DNA from: Desulfobacterales bacterium
Lineage (GTDB): Bacteria; Desulfobacterota; Desulfobacteria; Desulfobacterales; UBA2174
Length of the DNA stretch: 64,000 nucleotides
Assembly (NCBI GenBank): GCA_963668645.2
Contig: CAXXWC010000021.1
Coordinates: 992,001-1,056,000, forward strand
Direction of reading: 5' to 3'
Part shown: positions 59,621-64,000 of the stretch, piece after piece
Layout of the letters: the number at the start of each line of letters is the position of its first letter
Numbering within the stretch: the first letter of the stretch is position 1
Made by a program: the position numbers and the translations under genes
Notes under the pieces: model-generated
Seen by the model: only the letters and a program-made list of their open reading frames with translations
The model's database searches: none
What the model was told of the DNA's origin: nothing

Positions 59621-60688
59621 ATGAAAAGACGTGACATTCTCAAAGCTGGTTTGGCCGGAGGTGCTGCTGCCTTGACAGGCATGTACGCACTGCCGAAGAA
59701 GGCCTTCGCCAAAAGCCCGGATTTCAAGTTTAAACTGCAATCCTTTCTCGGCCCAGGCTGGTTGGAATGGGAAGAGCTCGTGCCGCGCTACTGCGAGAGA
59801 GTCAAGCTGATGTCCGGCGGGCGCATCGAGATCAAGCCCTATCCGCCAGGGGCGCTGGTGGCCACTTTCGACATGATCGACGGTGTGGGACGGGGCGTGG
59901 TGGAGCTGGCCTACGGGGCACAATGCTACTGGAAGGGCGTATTTCCTTATACCATCTGGGCCTGGGCCATCCCCTTCGCCTTCGACGTTGTCGAACAGCA
60001 CGATTATCTGTGGCAGGAAGCCGGATTGCTGGAAATCAGCCGGGAGCAGTTCGCCACCAAGAACATTCATTTCCTCGGCCCCATCTATTCCGACGAATGG
60101 GGCGCCACCATGTCCACCAAGCCGATCAAGAGCCTCGATGATTACAAGGGCCTGAAGATCCGCAGTTTCGGGGTTGTCGCCGACATCTGGAAGAACTTCG
60201 GGGCCGGCATTGCCCGTTTGCCCGGCGAAGAGCTCTACACCGGACTTTCCACCGGGGTCATCGACGGGGTCAACTGGGGCTCGCCCTACGGTTTCGTGGC
60301 CACCAAACTGCACGAAGTGGCCAAATACTACTGCGGCCCATCCCTGATCGATTTCGACACCGAAGATGTCTTCATGAACATGGATGCCTACAAATCCCTG
60401 CCGCCCGATCTGCAGGAATGCATGAACCTGGCCACCCGCATTTTCGCCATGGAGCGCGCCACCATCTCCACCTACCAGAGCTGCCTGGCCGTCAGCACGA
60501 TGAAGGCCGCCGGCGTGAAGTTCTCCAGCCTGCCGGAAAGCGACGTGGCAAAGATGAAAAAACTTTCGGACGAAATCATCCGCGACCAGGCCAACGCCGA
60601 CCCGGTGAGCAAGAAAGTCGTCGATCTGGTCATGAAAACCTCGGAAACCATCAGCCAGCGCCCGCGAATGGTTCGCAAAATGGCCTGA
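59621..60688 (+). CDS. dctP: TRAP substrate-binding protein DctP (TakP/keto-acid-like) with a Tat signal
   Basis: MKRRDILK Tat motif, MSGGRIEI, YWKG, KGLKIR, ELYTGL.TGVIDG, LHEVAKY. Confidence 0.88.
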   Translation: MKRRDILKAGLAGGAAALTGMYALPKKAFAKSPDFKFKLQSFLGPGWLEWEELVPRYCERVKLMSGGRIEIKPYPPGALVATFDMIDGVGRGVVELAYGAQCYWKGVFPYTIWAWAIPFAFDVVEQHDYLWQEAGLLEISREQFATKNIHFLGPIYSDEWGATMSTKPIKSLDDYKGLKIRSFGVVADIWKNFGAGIARLPGEELYTGLSTGVIDGVNWGSPYGFVATKLHEVAKYYCGPSLIDFDTEDVFMNMDAYKSLPPDLQECMNLATRIFAMERATISTYQSCLAVSTMKAAGVKFSSLPESDVAKMKKLSDEIIRDQANADPVSKKVVDLVMKTSETISQRPRMVRKMA

Positions 60689-60695
60689 TGTCCGC

Positions 60696-60729
60696 CCAGG
60701 GGCCTCCCGCAACCCCGGGAGGCCCCTGG
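60696..60729 (+). terminator. perfect 14-bp hairpin after dctP (mRNA-stabilising stem or partial terminator)
   Basis: CCAGGGGCCTCCCG-CAACCC-CGGGAGGCCCCTGG followed by TTTG. Confidence 0.6.
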
Positions 60730-60749
60730 TTTGACGAAAGGAACAGCCT

Positions 60750-61271
60750 ATGGTGGGTCTGAAGCGGCTTTTAAAAGCCATCGACTGGACAAACGAATAT
60801 GTGGGGCGCGTCGCATCCCTGATCATGCTCCCCATGCTCGTCATCATGGTCCTGGAAGTATTCATGCGCTACGTACTCAAGGCACCGACCATCTGGGGCA
60901 CAGAGATGACCACGTTCATGTTCGCCGGTTATACGCTGTTGGGGGCGGGCTATACCCATCTTAAAAGCGCCCACGTCAACATGAACGCACTGTACGGGGC
61001 CATGTCTCCTCGAACCCAGGCGATATTCGACCTGATCACATGGGTGGGTTTCTTCCTCTACTGCGCCGTGCTGCTCTATGAAAGTTCGAACTTTTTCTGG
61101 GATGCGTTCTCCTCGGGCCGGGCAACCGGCAGCGACTGGAACCCCGTTTTATGGCCCGTACTGCTTACCCTTCCTTTGGGGACCCTGCTGTTGCTGCTGC
61201 AGGGCGTGGCCAAACTGATCCGTGACATCGTCTTTCTGGCAACCGGAGAAAGGGAGGAGGCCGCGCCATGA
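60750..61271 (+). CDS. dctQ: TRAP small permease DctQ
   Basis: Four TM segments, EVFMRYV...PTIW..E, HVNMN. Confidence 0.9.
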   Translation: MVGLKRLLKAIDWTNEYVGRVASLIMLPMLVIMVLEVFMRYVLKAPTIWGTEMTTFMFAGYTLLGAGYTHLKSAHVNMNALYGAMSPRTQAIFDLITWVGFFLYCAVLLYESSNFFWDAFSSGRATGSDWNPVLWPVLLTLPLGTLLLLLQGVAKLIRDIVFLATGEREEAAP

Positions 61272-62581
61272 GTATCGGACTGCTGACCCTGATCGTCTTT
61301 GCGATCCTGATCTTCTTTCTGGTCCTGGGCCTTCCGCTGGTCTTCTCCCTCGGCGGCACGGCCGTAATCGCCACCTATTTTCTCTGGGGGCCTGAAGCGC
61401 TCTACATGATGGCCAACCGGACCTTCACCAGTTCCAACGCCTTCGTCTTTCTGGCGATTCCCATGTTCATCTTCATGGGCAACATGCTCGAGGCTGCGGG
61501 CATCGCCAAGGCCCTTTACAACATGATGTACAAATGGATGGGCAGCCTGCGCGGCGGTCTGGCCATCGGCACGGTGGCGATCTGCGCCGTGTTCGCCGCC
61601 ATGGTGGGCGTAAGCGGCGCCTCCACGGTCTCCATGGCCCTGGTGGCCCTGCCCTCGATGCTGGCCCACCGCTATGATGAAAAGCTGGCCATCGGCTCCA
61701 TCGCCAGCGGCGGTGCACTGGGGGTGCTGATCCCGCCCAGCGTGATGATGATCATCCTGGGCATGTACACCAACACCTCCATCGGGATGCTCTACGCCGG
61801 CGGGGTCATTCCCGGAATCATGCTCAGCGTCCTGTTCATGATCTACATCGGCATCGTTTGTCTCTTCAAGCCCGACCTGGCACCGGCCCTGCCCAAAGAC
61901 CAGCGGGTCAGCTGGAACGAAAAGTTCGCTTCGCTCAAGGTGCTGGTGCTGCCCATCGGTCTGATCGTGGGGATCATGGGCAGCATCTTTTCGGGAGCAG
62001 CGACACCCAGCGAGGCGGCCGCGGTGGGCGCCCTGGGAAGCATCATCTGCGCGGCGGCCTACGGCAAGCTCAACTGGCCGACCCTGCGCAAATGCTGCCA
62101 CGACACCCTGCGGTTCAACTGCATGGTCATGTGGATCATCTTCGGGGCCTCGGTTTTCACGGCCCTCTATACGGCCATCGGCGCCCAGGATCTGGCCAAG
62201 GACCTTTTGAGCTACCTGCCCGGCGGCCGCTGGGGCCAGATGATCGGCATGCAGGTCATCCTGGTCATTCTGGGATGTTTTCTCGATCCGACCGGGATCA
62301 TCATGATCTCCACGCCCATCTTCTTTCCCATCGCCCGCTCGCTGGGCTTCGATCCGGTTTGGTTCGGCGTGATCTACGCCATCAACATGGAGATGGGATT
62401 CTTGACCCCGCCTTTCGGGTTCAACCTGTTCTACATGCAGTCCGTGGCGCCCAAACATGTCACCATGATGGATATCTACAAATCCATCATTCCGTTCATT
62501 CTCATCACGGTCACGGCCATCGGACTCTGTATGGTCATTCCTCAAATCATTCTCTGGCTGCCCAAGGTGGTCCTGCAATGA
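61268..62581 (+). CDS. dctM: TRAP large permease DctM
   Basis: AIPMFIFMG, GALGVLIPPS, ATPSEAA, FLTPPFGFNLF. Confidence 0.93.
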   Translation: MSIGLLTLIVFAILIFFLVLGLPLVFSLGGTAVIATYFLWGPEALYMMANRTFTSSNAFVFLAIPMFIFMGNMLEAAGIAKALYNMMYKWMGSLRGGLAIGTVAICAVFAAMVGVSGASTVSMALVALPSMLAHRYDEKLAIGSIASGGALGVLIPPSVMMIILGMYTNTSIGMLYAGGVIPGIMLSVLFMIYIGIVCLFKPDLAPALPKDQRVSWNEKFASLKVLVLPIGLIVGIMGSIFSGAATPSEAAAVGALGSIICAAAYGKLNWPTLRKCCHDTLRFNCMVMWIIFGASVFTALYTAIGAQDLAKDLLSYLPGGRWGQMIGMQVILVILGCFLDPTGIIMISTPIFFPIARSLGFDPVWFGVIYAINMEMGFLTPPFGFNLFYMQSVAPKHVTMMDIYKSIIPFILITVTAIGLCMVIPQIILWLPKVVLQ

Positions 62582-62610
62582 AAAGGGGCGATTGACCCGT
62601 GGAGCGGAAG

Positions 62611-63444
62611 ATGAAAGTCGCGCTGTCCCAGATCGACTGCCTTGCAGGAGACGTGCAGGCCAATGCCGGCAAACTGTGCGACGAGGTGCGCCGTGCCGCC
62701 CGGCAGGGCTGCCGGGTCGTGATCTTTCCCGAAACGGCCGACACCGGCTACGATCCTGCCCTCATCCCAGCGGCCGCGACCTCGTGGCACGAAGGGGCCG
62801 TCCCCGCCCTTCGCGCCACCGCGGTCGAAACCGGCATCTTCATCGTCGCCGGACTCTGCCAACGGGATGGAGACAAACTCTACAATGCGTTGGCGGTCAT
62901 CTCGCCCGATGGAAAAATCATCGGCAGCTACCGCAAAACCCACCTGATCACCCCACCGCCATTTAACGAAGATCGCTGCTTCACCCCTGGCTCGGACCTC
63001 CTGCTGGTTCAGATCGACGGGTGGCGGTGGGGTTTTACCATCTGCTACGATTTACGCTTTCCGGAACTTTATCGCGCACTGGCCCTTAACGGCGCGCAGG
63101 TGCTGGTCAACGTCGCCGCCTTTCCCGCCAGCCGCACCATGAACTGGGATGTGTTGACGCGGGCCAGAGCCATTGAAAATCAGGCTTACCTGCTGGCGGC
63201 CAACCGCGTGGGCACCGATGGACCGTTTCATTTCGGCGGGCTGAGCCGGGTGGTGACGCCCGACGGCACCCTTGCGGCAGCAGCTTCGGATGAGACCCCC
63301 GAGTTGCTGGTTGCCCGCATCGATGCGCAACAAGTCAGCGCGATGCGCAGCCAGATCCCTGTTTTCAAAGCCCGAAGGGCCGATCTTTACACCGATCTTA
63401 TCAAGCCAGCCCCCTTTGAGCGAAAGGATCCAGAACGTGCATGA
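62611..63444 (+). CDS. carbon-nitrogen hydrolase (nitrilase superfamily, omega-amidase/Nit-like)
   Basis: Glu-Lys-Cys triad: FPE, YRKTHL, ICYDLRFPE. Also ARAIENQ. Confidence 0.9.
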   Translation: MKVALSQIDCLAGDVQANAGKLCDEVRRAARQGCRVVIFPETADTGYDPALIPAAATSWHEGAVPALRATAVETGIFIVAGLCQRDGDKLYNALAVISPDGKIIGSYRKTHLITPPPFNEDRCFTPGSDLLLVQIDGWRWGFTICYDLRFPELYRALALNGAQVLVNVAAFPASRTMNWDVLTRARAIENQAYLLAANRVGTDGPFHFGGLSRVVTPDGTLAAAASDETPELLVARIDAQQVSAMRSQIPVFKARRADLYTDLIKPAPFERKDPERA

Positions 63445-63898
63445 CTCCACGCCGATCAAGGCCGCCTTTCACCATGTTGCCATAGCGGTTCGCGACATGG
63501 ACTGCATGATCGCTTTTTATCGAGACCTGCTGGGCTTTGATCTCGAATGGGAAAAGCCCAACTACACCGGTGGCAGTTTTGAAAAAGTCGTTGCCCTTGC
63601 GGCGGCCAGGGCCCATGTGGCCATGCTGAGCGGGTACGGCATGCGCATCGAACTCTTTTGCTACCTCGAACCGCAGGGGCGGTCGCTGGGGGAGTTGCGC
63701 ATGTGCGATTTCGGCTATACCCACTTTGCCCTGAAGGTAAAAGGCCTCAATGGCATTTACCAACGCCTGCACCAGGCCGGTACAACCTTCAACTCTCCGC
63801 CCGAAAATCTGCGCCCCGGTGTGTGGGCCGCCTATTTCAAGGATCCCGAGGGCAACACTATCGAAATCGTCGAGTACGAAGATATCCAGCCCTCGTAA
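63437..63898 (+). CDS. VOC (glyoxalase/epimerase) family protein
   Basis: HHVAIAV.D....FYRDLLG, IELF, THFAL.V, YFKDPEGNTIEIVE. AAGGA RBS before GTG 63437. Confidence 0.88.
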   Translation: MHDSTPIKAAFHHVAIAVRDMDCMIAFYRDLLGFDLEWEKPNYTGGSFEKVVALAAARAHVAMLSGYGMRIELFCYLEPQGRSLGELRMCDFGYTHFALKVKGLNGIYQRLHQAGTTFNSPPENLRPGVWAAYFKDPEGNTIEIVEYEDIQPS

Positions 63899-63954
63899 AC
63901 CGCAACTCTCCCCTAAGAGGTCCACTCACCGGGGTGACACAGAGGTTTGTTCAG

Positions 63955-64000
63955 ATGATCAAAGGTTTTTTCCAACGCATGCGGGTAATCGATTTGACCC
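63955..64000 (+). CDS. probable family III CoA-transferase (CaiB/BaiF), truncated by the window end
   Basis: MIKGFFQRMRVIDLT; RVIDLT is the typical N-terminal strand. Only 15 codons are visible. Confidence 0.45.
   Translation, partial: MIKGFFQRMRVIDLT

Overview
GC-rich chromosomal window from an anaerobic deltaproteobacterium. The gene content (HdrL/MvhD/MetVF, many sigma54 activators, DapL) suggests Desulfobacterota, probably Desulfobacterales; this is an inference. About 52 CDS were found, with no rRNA, tRNA, CRISPR array or mobile element. From left to right: (1) a FadR/LldR-type operon (lactate-permease-family transporter, small membrane protein, regulator, TctCBA, non-canonical gamma-glutamyltransferase-family hydrolase) with a visible promoter and operator; (2) carboxy(nor)spermidine dehydrogenase/decarboxylase genes plus an alpha/beta hydrolase; (3) housekeeping genes (RlmN-like, UbiB-like, typA, PlsC-family, frameshifted serA, murJ, dapL, Lrp-lysA, USP, B12 radical SAM); (4) an XRE-cupin / acyl-CoA synthetase / HAD-PurM-like fusion operon; (5) TetR, an acyltransferase and two-component genes; (6) the most striking locus, a sigma54-dependent metF2-hdrL-mvhD-metV-metF1-REC-aroE-like operon, with a divergent NtrC-type activator and its candidate enhancer sites on one side and a converging kinase relay on the other; (7) a HOGA-like aldolase; (8) an AcoR/sigma54-controlled 2-oxo-acid dehydrogenase cluster with a keto-acid-type TRAP transporter, C-N hydrolase, VOC protein and a truncated family III CoA-transferase. 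All calls come from reading motifs by eye; no database searches were run.
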